Shown here: one piece after another, positions 34,401 through 47,448 of the stretch
Position numbering within the stretch: the first letter of the stretch is position 1
Layout: each line of letters begins with the position of its first letter
Source of the DNA: Podarcis liolepis
Lineage: Eukaryota
Direction: 5' to 3' (one strand)
DNA length: 64,000 nt
Assembly: GCA_965112155.1 (NCBI GenBank)
Contig: OZ218103.1
Translations under genes and position numbers: made by a program
Notes under the pieces: model-generated
Told to the model about the DNA's origin: nothing
Databases searched by the model: none
Seen by the model: only the letters and a program-made list of their open reading frames with translations

Positions 34401-37400
34401 CATTGCCAATACAATGGATATAAGTACACTACAGTTCTCTCATGAAGGTCCACCACTTGTATTCATTCCTAAATTCACCCACCCTTACTGGCAGAAGAAG
34501 GAAAAAAACAGATCTGTAAAATACAGAAACCAGTAGACAATCCCAAGTAAAGCCTCATCCTTTGCCAATTATCTTACATCGTATTATATGTGCATAAGGA
34601 TAATTCATTACCGTGAGCAATGACAATTCCAACAGCATTGGGCTCAGACAGAGGAGCCATTGGTACATTCAGCTTCTGGGAGATGCTGTAAGATGCATGG
34701 ATGTGAAGGCTGCACTGTAAATGTAAGACAACCCCAATAAGAAAAGGAGGCAAAATGGTGAAGCATTAACATATTTGGTCTTATTAAAAGCAAAACAACC
34801 AAAAGTGCTTGAATTTCAACAGAATTGCCACAAAAGAGAACCTTTACTGGTGCAAATCCAAGGCAAACTGAACCCAAGCTTCCAAGCTTTATTAGCTGAC
34901 AAACTGTGTTTTGAATAACACATGGCCCAAGGCAGCTTCTTCCACACGTAAGCCTGTTCCCTTCTGTTGTTGTTGTTGTTTTAAATCAGGCTGAATTACA
35001 AACTGTTTTCTGTTGCATAGTTTGGGCCCAGCTCACTGCACAAAGTTTGTTGAGCATTCCACTCCTCTTGCAAAACATCCCTAAAGATATGCTTTACTTT
35101 TCATTTTATTGCAAGTTAGATGCACTAACCACGCAACATGAGATAATACAACTATTGGTAAGCCAATTTCCTAATGAATATTTACAAAGGCTACAGCAAC
35201 TTTAATACGTTTAATGCTATTTCAAGACCTATAAATTTGGTCTCTAACTATGATTTTGCACACCCTGTACCACCACACCCTAATCTTGCACTTGAGTCAT
35301 ACACTCAATTTACTAGGAAGCATAGTTTTCAGTAGAACCAACTTCCAAACAAGTAACTTAGAACTATAACTTGGCCTGACAATATCATCCTACATCCAAT
35401 ATATAAACATACAAACCTTTTCCTTATTTTTGGCGGTTGAGTCACATTTGGCATTTTCAGGTTTCCTCAAGTGCACCCACTCTCCTCCTTGATCAAAGGT
35501 AATCACTGATTGGATGGAATTATCTGATTGAGAGGAGAAAATGTAAGTATTTGTGCAATAAATTCTATACAACATACTTACTCTCTGAGTAAAACCCAAT
35601 GCAGTGCTAAGTCTCGCATTCCATCAGTGAAGGATTTTATTGTGAAATGGAACATTATCTCCCTCTCCTCCTCCTATATGCCCCCTAAATCTGTTTGGGG
35701 AGATTATATTTGGGGAGGGTGTGGAGTAAGTGCTGAAGGTGGAGGGCGGGGAGAGCCCTGTGGCACAAGTGGAAATGTTTTCATTAATGGGATGCAAAGG
35801 TTGAATGCCACCTGCTATAATTAAAAAGTGGATGCTTTAATTCCCATGTCATGTAGCAACAATTCCAAGCATTCAAAAAGACAAGACATCTTGCAAAAGA
35901 GGACCAAACACTTTGAAAATAGAGTAAGACTGCAAACCACACTGCGCTGTTGAGACTCATTGGGTTGGCTCCTGCAGCACACCGGCTGAGTTCAATGTCA
36001 GGTCATCAGCCATTATTTCAGGGACAACCTTTCCAGTATTCACAGTTTGATATTAAAGCTCCAGCCCCTGTGCAGATGTGTCATCTTTCTGCTTCAAATA
36101 AGACACTCCCGATTCCCATCTATAGGAACTGTCAGCCTTACAACACAGTTTAACATATGAGTTTGGCTTCCTTACTTCACTCAGACTGGAACTTCACTCA
36201 GCACAGGAACAGATCAATGTTGATTATTCCTATTAACTTCGTAAAAGCAGAATTGTGACCAGTACTGCAAGACAAGTGAACTTGTCCTCGACAAACTAAG
36301 ACAGTAACATGATTGTTTCCTTTAGTTAAAACACCTATGAGAAAACCTAGCTTCAAAACAAGCTATTTCAAACAAATTAGCAAACATAAGCATTATGGAT
36401 CTCCCAAATGGATCTCCCAGAAATGCTTCAATTCCATTTCACTGAAAAGTTTCAGCTACTTTCCTAACAGATTCCTCAATCTTCAATTACAGCCAATCTA
36501 GAATCCATCAGTCCCGATGACACCATGCAGAAAGTGAGTACTTACCCTCAGAGAGCACACTAGTGATGTAGATGCCTCGCAAGGAGGTCACATTGGTGAA
36601 GTCCGTCTCTCCCCCTGTGGTGGTATAGAGATGCCTTTCTAGGGACTTCGAATATATGATGCCTTGGTCATCAGAGGTGTAAATTGTCCCATACCCAGTA
36701 TCTGCAAGAAAAACAACAGTTGCAGGGAGGGGGTCCTTCCAAAGAGTCCCTAAGGAACGGGGCTCTCATCTCAGTATTATCAACATTACCATTAATTTGA
36801 GATTACCAGGTCTAGAAAGCTGGTAGACCTATGTTTATGTCAATTTCGAAGCTGCCTAAAACTATTACAATAAACTGGATTGGGAAATAAATGAGGACTA
36901 TATGAAACAAATGAACAGGGCCATAGGGTTCTTGACAGAACAAGGGTGAGAACAGCGGGGAGACACCAGGATCTCAAGTACGTGGATGCAACTACAACTG
37001 TCCTTCCCTAAGGGATGATCCGGTAGTCTTTTCACCAAGTGTATGATTCAAATGCTTTACCATTATGAGCGCATATATGTTATTTCAAGGATTAACCTTA
37101 GGCGCCTATATGCTATACTGTTCATCTTCACATTTTAAGAGCTGGTTCTCTTCATGAACCATACAAAGTTTTGCTACCCACATCAAATGCATGTTGAAAT
37201 TCAGATCTTTTTAAGATTTTTAAGAACACACTACACCAAACTCCCTTCTCTCACCTCCAGGCTCATCTACATGCATGAACACCATGTCATCATTAGCTGC
37301 CAAGATAGAGTAAAACTGCTCTTGTCCAACTGAAGGAAGTTGTGCCATGTTCCAGGTTTCTCCATGATCCAGTGACACATGGATTCGTCTTGTAGTGCCC

Positions 37401-40400
37401 TAGTGAAGGCAATGATAGTGTTGTTGAATTACTACCACATCCTAGATACTATTGGTGTTTATATAGGAGGTTATTCCATGATGGATACCAGAAATTCACA
37501 CTACATAGTCTTGATAGTATACTAAATAAGTAATCCCCTGCGATAACTCCCTTATTTATCGACCTGATACTATATATTGGGATGGGAGCTATAGGGGCAC
37601 TTCCTCAGTGAATAGTGAACTGTTATCTTTATTAAGGAGTGAAATCACTGAGTGGAATTTAACATCAAGCTCTTCCAGTTGTTCCATCTGTACAGGCATT
37701 CCATGTTGCCATTTCTGCACTGTTTGAGGGTTTATCCTAACATCCCACCAAGCAAATTTTGGGGGGCACAGGAGTGGAGGGAGGGAAGCTCCGTTGCACA
37801 AGTATAAATTCTTGCACAGGGTTTCTGCTGACAGGGCTGATTACCTTGGCCAATTTTTTTAACTGAAAAATCAGTGGTGCTAAACCTTGGCCTGGATGCC
37901 TGATCAGTCAGCCACTTCTGGCCACTTCTACAGCTGGAGGGTTGGCCAAGGATGAAAATGGCCCTCAGACTAGAAAAAGCCACTTGCATTAAAAATGAAC
38001 TCATATACATCAACATTCTTCAAACACTGGTTCCTTTGCTTTCTATCATAGAGGGGTGGGACCCACTGCAAACTAAACTCTTGGGGCCTATGGAAATAGA
38101 AAAAGAGAACAGTGAATTTCCTACCTTTTCTGTCATCACAGATGCAAAGAGGAAGCGTCCTCCAAGACCAAAGGAGTAGATTTTGCTTCCTATAGTCTTG
38201 AATGTCTTCCCAAAGTCTTTGGTCCTTTTCAGCTCAAGTAACCCAAGATCAGCTTCTTGTGAAAGAGGAAGTATATGAACATTGTCCCGATTAGAGAGAT
38301 AGAGAAGCCCTCTTCAGCAAGGAGACTTCATCCATTGAAGGGGTTGCAAGGCCACACCACTGCCCCATGAGCCTGTAGTTTCCCATCCCTAACCCCCCCC
38401 CCCAATGTCCCTGAAATGTCAATGAGCCTGGAAATCTGCAAAAGAAAAGTCTAATTGCATAGGCTACTCTTTTGCAGGCACCCGTGGTCAAACATGCAGG
38501 GGGTAGGCCTTAGGGGCTGGACTCTGCAACTGCTTCAACATGTAGTGCCCCTTTCATATGAGTAATGTGTGAAAGGTGCTATAGAGCAAATGGGAGGGGG
38601 GGACAGCTTCAAAGTCCTCATTCTTTAAAGCAGGGCCATGCTAGGTCCATTTGAGGTGCTGGCTAGCCTGCACAGTGCTGATCATTTTTAACATATAGGT
38701 ATGCTGCTCTTCGGTTTAGCAGAACTCCAAGGATGGCTCATAATAATAATAAAGCACAGTATCAAAATACAAAATAAAACTCAACATAACCCAACATAAC
38801 CCAAAATTTGAGCAGTACCATCAGAAGAATCAGTAAAAATAACTGATTAAAGCCATCCAGCTTACATTAGGGCCTCTGGTGAAGATTGTGTTATTTAAGC
38901 ATGCTCAGTGAGAGAAGTGGTGTCCGTTACACACTGTGTTCCCAAGCTGTTTAAAAAGGGTGAGAACCAGCACTTGAAGCCATCTTCAGAAATGGACTGT
39001 CCGCAAGTGAGTTGTTAAACAACTAATATGTATCATTATTACTTGTACTTGGGAATACTTACTACAAGAGCCATTCAGGAATGTGGTGAAGAAAATGGTC
39101 ATGCCAGAGCCCCTGGAAAAAGTCAAGGGGAAGGACACTGAGAGCAAAGTCTTGAGAGCAAAGAAGCTAGCTAATTCAACAACTGGCAACAGAGAGCCAC
39201 TTAATTGGAAAAGTCAGGGATGAAATCTGGGACCCTCTATACAGAAGGCAGGTGCTCTACTGCCAAGCTATTGGATCTACTCTCCAAATAGCCCTAGTAC
39301 CCTTAAGGTGAAAATGATCCAAAGCTGGAAAATTTAACACACAGCTACCAAGTTGCCCCTTTATATAGAGCTCTTCCTGCATATGCAAAGTGTTCAAGTA
39401 GTGCAAACATCAGTGTATGCAGAAGGCATTACAGCAACGTTTCCAAAAAAGCACACAATACAAACATGACCACAAGAAGGGCTATTAGGGACCAAGAGAA
39501 TTTCATCCCAAAGAGAGTTATCTTTCTGTTTTTGCAAGCAGCCAGCTCTAGTGTAATCAAGAGAACATTAAACTACTAACTCTCCCTGGGGAACATGTTT
39601 GTTTTTCAGCTGCTCACCATTTGGCCAGGCAAACATCTTTGTGTATTTCTTTCCATTTCTCACCAAAGGTCTTAGATACCCACAGGCTGCCCTGAAAACA
39701 TTAAGAAAGGATTATTCATCATCTGCTTAGCATTTTCAAGTCTGAGCTAAAAATATTCATTAAAAAAATATTTTAGCCCAGATTTCCATTGAAAATGCTC
39801 AAGGTGGTTTACAATCCAACCAACATATTAAAAAATAAAATGTAAAATAATCAGTAAGGCAGAGAAAACATATCTAACATATCACAGAGAATAAGATTAG
39901 CAATTTGGTAGACCAATTTTTTGCCGGAAGATACATCTTTGCACAGCAGTGGAACACCATCAGAGAAGGGTCAAGATGTGACTCCCCTTTAGAGAGTAAC
40001 TGAAGTGTTGGTGAGCCCACAGAGAAGGCTCAATTGTGTACAGCCAAGCACAACTCAGATGTTGGTGAGACATGGAAGAGAACCTCCATAAAAGATTTTA
40101 AGGGCAGGAAAGCTCATATGGGAGAGGACAATCTTTTAAACATCCTAGTGTCAAATCATTTAGGACTTTAAAGTTCATTATCAACACTTTGAATTGGGGC
40201 CAGAAACACAACAGAAGGCAGTAACAGTCTGGACACAGTTTCTTGACCAGCTGAGGCTTCCGTACTTCAGTTCTACCACTGTATCTCTTAAAGCAGCTTG
40301 AGTCACCTATATACAGAATCTCATAGTCCTGTTAGAAAAGAACTTCAGGCAACCAATGCAATGAGTTTCATTTAAAATATACCACACACTTTCATTATGT

Positions 40401-43400
40401 AATACAGCACTTAGGGCAAAGCAGCAACTATGACCATACAACTGCTGTATTGATGAGACAGGAACTATGACGCTGCCAATTATTACCACAAGGGGTCACA
40501 CAAGAGTCAAGCCCTCCTGCCCACCCACCCAAACATACATTAAGAGTCTCTCCAGACTGCAGCTTTTTAGTGGGTGAATTCTGCAACATGTCACTGATGC
40601 AATAATTGTGGTGGATTGATACTGGACCATCCATCATTCCACTTTATTAGTTGTTCTGCAATACTTCCCCAGTATTACGCCATTATTGATGTTTGGAGCA
40701 GTACTCTTGCACTACAGTACCATAAAAGCAGGACAAAAACTAAAGCAAAACATTTGTGGTATAAAAGGTTACAAGGATTTCAACAGGACATTATGGGATA
40801 GGCTGAAAATGAAGCAGTGTACCCACTCTAGAACTTTTTCAGGTTTAAACAGTATTGAAAGTGGGATCAGGAATAACAGCCCCAATACCATTGTAAGTCC
40901 AAATCATCATGAATGAATAATAAAAAGGATGTCTGGAGGAGCCCTAAATGGCTTCTTGGAGCCTAGATTCAGTGCCTAAATTATACCAGTGAATAAGTGA
41001 GCCAACAGCTCTATTCTTCCCAAATCCTTACCTCAATACTGAGGGCCAACAACAGATCAGAATTCTGAGGGTGATAAATTATTTGAGTTGAAGGATGGAA
41101 AGGAATATCTGTCAACTGGAAGTTCTTAGCAAAATCAGATGATCGAAATATTCTTCCTGTATGGTATGGTCTAGGTCTGTCCCCCGTCAGTATCACCTGG
41201 TCAGAAAAATAAAGATCAGTGTCCCTTCTCAACATATCTGTGCTTCTAGTTTATCACAAATAAAGAAGTCATCTGAAGCTATTTGAAACATTGCCAGTTT
41301 TGAAGTTGGCAGAAACCAGAATAAAAATCCCAACTGTGTGGGAGAACAGAAATCCTCACTAACCCTTAGTGTTTTTTGTGCTTATGCTGCTTGTGCAAAT
41401 TTGCTGTGCAAATTAGTGCAAAGGGACTGCTTCACTAGGATATGAGTGCTTAGCTGAACTCCATTAATTTTTTTAATACAATCTAAAAGGATGTAACATT
41501 ATTTCTCACAGCCATCTGGAAGTCATGTGGGAATAAACCAAACCCATAAAGACCAAAGGAAACAGTGATGACCTGAATAAAACCAATAATGTTGGTGTAA
41601 ACATTATTTCTGTTTCGGCAGCAAACTAATGAGTCCAGAAAAAGTAGTAGAAACCCTATAAACCACCACCAACCATTTGACTATTAGAAATATGTCTTAT
41701 GCAACCTGCTTTAGGATCAAACTTTGTAAAGTGCACTACAGAATGTTCTGCCAAGGAAACTGAGCTGCTCTGAGGACGAGACTTTGTGAAAATCACACAG
41801 CCATGCCTAGAACACTGTGTGATTGCGTAGGTACTGTAACGGTTTGATTTAATCTACAATCAGGTAAACTGGAAAAAGCAGGTAATGGCTCCAACATGCA
41901 ACCAGGAAGCATCAAGCAGGATGCTATTTCTCAAGTTCATATAGCAAGTCAGTGGAGAGTAGGGTGGATAGGTAGATAGGTAGGTAGAGATTTTGTGGCA
42001 GAAATCTGTATTCCATAGATATGATATGGACAACTAGGCTATATTGTGCAACACTGTAAACTTGTTAAGCAGCTGGAGAAATAGGAACAAAGCCCACTTC
42101 CTACCTTCCCCGAATTTTCTGGTCCAATGGCCATTCCAAATTCTGTCCGGATGAAAGTGTTGTTAATGAGATCCGTAATGTCTACGAAAGTTTTCCCATA
42201 GTCTTCACTACAGTGCCAAAAAAAAAAAAAACATTGTAAGTGTAAAAGCTCCTCAGTACAGGATAGTTTTGCAGATGCAGCCATTTGTGTCTGGAGGCCT
42301 CTTAAAACAATAGAACACACCCAAAAAATGATAGAAGGAACCAAACCATTTTATGGTCACCCTGTGGAGGTCACTTAACAGCCCTCGTAACCTTTGTTTC
42401 AATAATGTGGTGAGCCTATGTTTGTAGTAAAGTTTCTGACACTCGCAAAGTTGTTGAGATTTTTAAAGAATTTTTCACCCAAACACTAGGACCATAGTAC
42501 CATACTGTGGGCTTGCCATATTTCATAAAGTAAAAATCTAGGCACAAAAATTGTTGAGCTTCGGGAAAATCGCAAAAACAACAGTGCTGATATGGGTTGC
42601 CATACCCCGGATTTTCTGCCTGGACCCTGCTTCCGCCTGCAGTGTTCCAGGTATGTCTGGGATATTCCAGATGTATGGCAACCCTACCATAGTAGCAACA
42701 TCTGAACATGTAAAAACTAATACAGGATACCTGTGAAACAGGCAGGACAGCTTCTTCAGATGATCACAGTGATCTGGCTGGTGCACAAGGCAGTTCTTAA
42801 AGTAACCTGGTACTAGGCCATTTAAGGCTATGTACACTAAAAAATAGTATCTTGTACCTAGCTGGAAAATGTACTGGTGGCCAGTACAGGGCTTTCAGCA
42901 CTGTTGTAATACACTAGTGCAGAGCTGTTCTGCCCAAAAGCTGGGCTGCACTAGCTGTAATTTCCAAACCAACCTCTGGGGTATGCCCACATGCAGTGCA
43001 CTGCAATAGTGCAGTCCAGAGGTTACCAAATCATGCACCACTGTGGCCAAGCTATCCCTGTCCCAGAACAGCCATACCTTGCGTACTAGCTGAAGCTGAA
43101 AAAAGGTACTTGGTCTTTAATTAGCTAGAACATTGCTGCTTATGCTCTGTTTTTTAAAGTAACCTATTACTTTCCCTACTCACTTTATATTGAATGTTTT
43201 AATACAACTCCTCAAAATGGACACCTGCACTTCCTCCTTGAACTTTGGTTTGTAAACCATCTCCCCAGGGCCAGCTGCCCATGTTTACAGCTCTCTGGCA
43301 ACTTGTAAGAGAGTTAAACAGGAACGCGTCTGAGGTAGTGATGTAAAGCACTTCCAGCTTCAAAGCCAGGGAATCAATGGAGGTGCAAGGGTGATCATTT

Positions 43401-46400
43401 ATTAAAGGGAAGCCCCTCAGCAGAGAAAGTTGCTTGTTTATCGACAGCCAGTTACTAAAAATCCACAAAACAGCATTCAGTCTAAAAGGAGGAGACACTA
43501 GTGAAAGTAATCATGTGCTAGGGAACACCCAAGAGGGCAGGATGGACTTCGCCTGGCATCCACAAGAAAACAAAGGCAGGGCCAGGTAAATATTCCAAGG
43601 GTGGGACTTGTTCAGTGTGAAGCTCCTTGCTCTATATAGTAGCCGTAATGTACAAACTAACCCTACAAGTTCCACATGTAACCAGCCAAGACTCCCATAA
43701 GAAGTCTTGGCCTCTTGCAAGACTAACTCTACCCAGCCATGCTATCCCTACACTTTCAGAAGCCTCGAGTTAGAGACCTGCACATGGCAAAGAGTGCCTA
43801 ATTTTTTTCTAAACTAATAACAAAGGCTAGAGTTTTTCCCAGTTCTCTTTCTCAGGATACCTGGAATTTTAAATTTGTCACACTTTGCATATGTGAGCCA
43901 TTTTTTAAGCAGGGTCACTTGTAAGCCTATTCCAGCTGTCGAAATGGGCAGCAAAATTTGGTGAGTGCCTGAACTTCTCAGCTGCCCTTTACCTTTCCCA
44001 ATGCGCCTGGGAAAAGGGTGCCACCACTGCACACCACTCTTAGCAGATGCTACTCCTAGCCAAAGGGAATTGCTCTTAAGACTTGCTGTCTGTGGTGCAA
44101 CTGATTTTCTCCAGCTGCTAAAAAAGAGAAGCTCAGCCACACCAAAGAAACAAGGAAGGAAAGATCTGTCTGGCTTCTGTCTGGCAAGGAACCACACCTA
44201 AAGAAAGTGCAGTTTGGACTGTGGTTCACACAAGCTCTATCCCAACAGGAAGCATGGGGAAAGATAAGAGAGGTGAGCTTTTCAAACCCTCTCAAGCTTC
44301 TTGACACCAGTAGCAGCAGTCAGTAAGGAGCTTACTCCTGTAGGATTTCCAACAGGCCGGCAGAAGGGGGGTGGCTTACTTACAGTCCCTTAAGGCAAGC
44401 TAGATAATAAAGTACCATATCCATTGTTGAAAAGGCAGAGATAACTACCTCTGACAAAGAATACACCACTTAGTATATGACTTATTATTAAACCAGCAAA
44501 TCCCTCCATGATTGCTCCTGGGCTTTTGGTCACCTTGTGCCTCTTTACATGTCAGAAAGTTAGACTCTCCCCAAGACAGGATAGACCTCAGGATGCAACA
44601 CTGACCACTTATTCAACCTGCTGTCCATCACTGGCTTTGTAAAGAGGGTGACCTATCACTAGTTTAGAAGCTCTGTCCCTAACCACTGTACATAGGCAAT
44701 GTGAGGCTGCTCACAAATCCTCATATATAAGAATCAACAGCAAGCTCTTGGGCTTCATTACAATGTGCATTTCAGTTCATAGACATTCACAACACAATGC
44801 TCTCACCTTCTGTAGAGCTTAGACTGCCCGAAACTCATGATTACCAGAGGTATCTGAAATGTGGTCAACACAAGAATAACCTGGAAAGAGAGAAACCTGT
44901 TAGGAACAATAGTCTGAGAACAACAGCCAGCACGCACACTGTCTAAAAGCCAGGTAACCATCACATCCCAATAAGGACAAATTCACATATTTGGGGGTAC
45001 ATCGCTGAGCTAACACAAGTTTATGATTTTAATTGGGCTTATTTTGGCATGTTGGGTTGCTGTCATGCATATTTCATCACACATTTTTAAAAAACACGTT
45101 TTTAAAAAATGTTTCAGAAACATTATAAACTTGTGGGGAAGGATTTATAAAGGTCAGCTGAATACACCAACATTCACTAGAATTCATTTTGCTTTTCTTT
45201 TTAATGCTATGTCTTATCTTTGCAACTTCTTTTATTCTGTTTGATGACATTTTAGAAAAGCTACTTCTTAACAAAGTCACCCGTGCTTTGACATCCTAGC
45301 TTGAAGTGTCAAGGTGTTTTTTCCCTAAGAGAGAAAAACTTGCTTAATCCCTGGTATACATAATTGGCCTGACACAGGTTTCTTAGTTAATAGCTAATCT
45401 CTCAGAACAATATAAAATAGCTAATCTCTACAGAACAATATAAAATAAAAGATGTTACTTTAGCCCAAAATTGCACCATAATCCCTTTGTATATCAGCAG
45501 CCTGGTAAACCTGGTAAGTTAGGGCACATCATATTGCATTTTGGAATTATCACACATTGTCATAAAATTGGATTCTGAATCCAATTTTATCTTGCTCTTA
45601 TCGTGTTTCTCTAAGACTGCCATCCTAACCCCATTTACCTGGAATTAAGCCCCAATGAATTCAATAGGAAATACTTCTGAGTAGCCATGACTGGCATTGC
45701 ACTGTTAACCATTAGGCAAGAAGCAGAAACAGCTAAACTCTAGCCAGAAGAGGAAGTTTGCTGATAAATAGTTTATTTAAAAAAAAATGGAGGCAGGGGT
45801 GAGTCTTAAGAGATGGACAGCTGGACCACTCCAGCAGTTCAGCTGAGATATTAGTTCTATTAGGCTTCCTTCTCCCTCAACTGACACCTGGTATCAGCCA
45901 TGCAACAGGATGCAGCAGAGGGAGAAATGGGAAGCAGAAACCAACCATATCTATATAGTGCAATTCTTCAGTGTGCCTGGAACATTGGTTGCTTACACTT
46001 TCAAAGAGAGATGCATTTCTCTGTGCCGGATGTGAAGAAAGAGGCGGTGAGTACTTCCTCCTCCTCGTCAAGACTTCAGTATTGAAGCAATTCTCACCTC
46101 AAGTCTGGATGGGCAGTTAGACACTTCTTACCAAATCCAGAGTGAGTCACCCAATATACACAACACCTACACTGTGTCCCTTCTTCCTTGGCCATGAGTA
46201 GGAAGGTAATAGCTAAAAGAAGAACCCAAATGGCTTGCAACACCTACATCTGAAGAGGATCATTATTCATGACCCATCAAACAGGAACAACCCTACTTTT
46301 CCATGTGGGAAGATTAAAGTAAAACTATCCATTATTGGGAGTACTGAGTCATGCACTTGGAGGAATTATTATTTCACGTGTTGTGTTTTTGTTCCTTTCG

Positions 46401-46504
46401 AAATAAATATTTAAAAATCCGTTCAACCTATCTGTATTACTTACCCCAGTGCTGTCACCAATCCAGGATAGAGTCACTGAGCCACTGAGATCATTGAAGA
46501 CACG
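24203..46504 (-). CDS. SORT1: Sortilin (VPS10P-domain receptor / neurotensin receptor 3), exons 2-20; exon 1 outside the window
   Basis: 19 exons with AG acceptors and GT donors (one GC) splice in frame. The product runs from [20 protein letters not shown] through the 10CC domain and TM helix to the tail FLVHRYSVL...HDDSDEDLLE*. Exon sizes match the mammalian SORT1 structure as recalled, except exon 19. Confidence 0.98.
24459..24570 (-). CDS. SORT1: SORT1 exon 19 (112 nt, GC donor)
   Basis: [37 protein letters not shown], then GAG|GCAAGT. Confidence 0.92.
25010..25810 (+). mobile_element. L2 LINE 3' fragment (SORT1 intron 18)
   Basis: Degenerate [10 protein letters not shown].(C)N.LYVGL.LKT..K.QLVQ motif typical of the L2 ORF2 C-terminus. 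Confidence 0.75.
25867..25973 (-). CDS. SORT1: SORT1 exon 18 (107 nt, transmembrane helix)
   Basis: [35 protein letters not shown]. Confidence 0.95.
26357..26828. mobile_element. Non-autonomous hAT element carrying a GC-rich internal fragment (SORT1 intron 17)
   Basis: TIRs cagtgtttcccaa / ttgggaaacactg; perfect 8-bp TSD ggttagaa (26349-26356, 26829-26836); subterminal gtgtgccg repeats. Confidence 0.92.
27171..27279 (-). CDS. SORT1: SORT1 exon 17 (109 nt)
   Basis: [36 protein letters not shown]. Confidence 0.95.
27968..28084 (-). CDS. SORT1: SORT1 exon 16 (117 nt)
   Basis: [38 protein letters not shown]. Confidence 0.95.
28446..28487 (+). repeat. (AC)n microsatellite, read as (UG)n in SORT1 intron 15
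   Basis: Perfect dinucleotide run. Confidence 0.97.
31439..31628 (-). CDS. SORT1: SORT1 exon 15 (190 nt)
   Basis: [12 protein letters not shown]...[42 protein letters not shown]. Confidence 0.95.
32245..32491. mobile_element. hAT MITE
   Basis: catgggtaggcaaac ... gtttgctgacccctg; 8-bp TSD ctcta(a/g)tt. Confidence 0.85.
32597..32787 (-). CDS. SORT1: SORT1 exon 14 (191 nt)
   Basis: [40 protein letters not shown]...DLLNRE. Confidence 0.95.
32939..33183. mobile_element. Tc1/mariner-type MITE (same family as 13792-14017, opposite orientation)
   Basis: cagtggtacctc TIRs; TA TSD. Confidence 0.92.
33205..33685 (+). mobile_element. CR1 LINE 3' fragment
   Basis: Encodes [34 protein letters not shown] (CR1 ORF2 C-terminus), followed by the CR1 3' end. 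Confidence 0.9.
33978..34113. mobile_element. Palindromic hAT-derived MITE
   Basis: Hairpin ggactacaactcc...gggagttgtagtcc. Related copies at about 10150-10280, 12180-12310, 31175-31285, 52470-52600 and 59095-59218. Confidence 0.75.
34218..34386 (-). CDS. SORT1: SORT1 exon 13 (169 nt)
   Basis: [56 protein letters not shown]. Confidence 0.95.
34612..34714 (-). CDS. SORT1: SORT1 exon 12 (103 nt)
   Basis: [34 protein letters not shown]. Confidence 0.95.
35417..35523 (-). CDS. SORT1: SORT1 exon 11 (107 nt)
   Basis: [35 protein letters not shown]. Confidence 0.95.
36546..36701 (-). CDS. SORT1: SORT1 exon 10 (156 nt)
   Basis: [51 protein letters not shown]. Confidence 0.95.
37255..37399 (-). 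CDS. SORT1: SORT1 exon 9 (145 nt)
   Basis: [48 protein letters not shown]. Confidence 0.95.
38125..38255 (-). CDS. SORT1: SORT1 exon 8 (131 nt)
   Basis: [43 protein letters not shown]. Confidence 0.95.
39063..39112 (-). CDS. SORT1: SORT1 exon 7 (50 nt)
   Basis: [16 protein letters not shown]. Confidence 0.93.
39618..39691 (-). CDS. SORT1: SORT1 exon 6 (74 nt)
   Basis: [25 protein letters not shown]. Confidence 0.95.
41032..41196 (-). CDS. SORT1: SORT1 exon 5 (165 nt)
   Basis: [26 protein letters not shown]...LLALSIE. Confidence 0.95.
42105..42207 (-). CDS. SORT1: SORT1 exon 4 (103 nt)
   Basis: [35 protein letters not shown]. Confidence 0.95.
42720..43110 (-). mobile_element. L2 LINE fragment
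   Basis: Reverse complement gives a degenerate LATVVH.LVTS.L.YC.AL..G.P..L..KLQLVQ motif. Confidence 0.7.
44807..44880 (-). CDS. SORT1: SORT1 exon 3 (74 nt)
   Basis: [24 protein letters not shown]. Confidence 0.95.
46445..46504 (-). CDS. SORT1: SORT1 exon 2 (60 nt)
   Basis: [20 protein letters not shown]; AG acceptor, GTAAGT donor. Confidence 0.95.
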
Positions 46505-47206
46505 CTGTAAAGGCAATTAGAAATATAATTCAGTCCTCTAGTCTTCCATCCAGTGCCAGAAAGGAAACAGTCTCTCCCAATTTCCCCTTCGCTCTAATCA
46601 TGGTAACAAGCAGTTCCTGGACACAAATTCGGGATCTTTATAATCACATTGCCTCATATGTGCCCTATTTGAAAAATAATAGCTTACTGAGCTTCGGGGA
46701 ACACATCATACAACCCAGAAGCTGATCCAACAGCATCTCTGTACTACTATGGTTCAGATTTAATTTCCTATGCAAGGGTTTGAGTGGATGAAATTCTCAC
46801 AAGGAAATGACCCAAAATAACCTCTCCTAGATGTGTCTTGCTGACATTTAATATATTGCCATATGGATCTTCAGTCCTTTTACTCAGGATATCACTGGAT
46901 TTTTGCTGACTCCATAGAATTGGGGAAGAGAGTGCATGCAGGGACTCCTCCCACAATCCTGTTCATAATAAAATCCCTCAAGCTGACATGTCAAGCAATA
47001 AGGAAGAGGTGCAGAATATAGTACTGTATATAATTTTGGTCTCTGTAACCAATGAAGGTGTAGCTATCAGTGTAAGAGAGAAACTGGAAGCAGCACTAGC
47101 CTCATGGTTTTGTAGAGACTTCCTCAAACCATTCCATGCAATTATTGGAAATCCCTGAGTATGTTACCACCAGGAGCTTTTGATCACTTTGGTTACTCTT
47201 CTATTA

Positions 47207-47448
47207 CAGTGATACCTCGGGTTAAGTACTTGATTCATTCCGGAGGTCCATTCTTAACCTGAAACAGTTCTTAACTTGAAACACCACTTTAGCTAATGGG
47301 GCCTTCAGCTGCCGCCATGCCGCCGGAGCACGATTTCTGTTCTCATCCTGAAGCAAAGTTCTTAACCCGAGGTACTATTTCTGGATTAGCGGAGTCTGTA
47401 ACCTGAAGCGTCTGTAACCTGAAGCGTATGTAACCCAAGGTACCACTG
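47207..47448. mobile_element. Tc1/mariner-type MITE (same family)
   Basis: cagtgatacctcgggtta ... taacccaaggtaccactg; TA TSD. Confidence 0.9.

Noticed and set aside
45389-45450. Tandem duplication of about 27 bp
   Set aside because: Ordinary intronic slippage duplication
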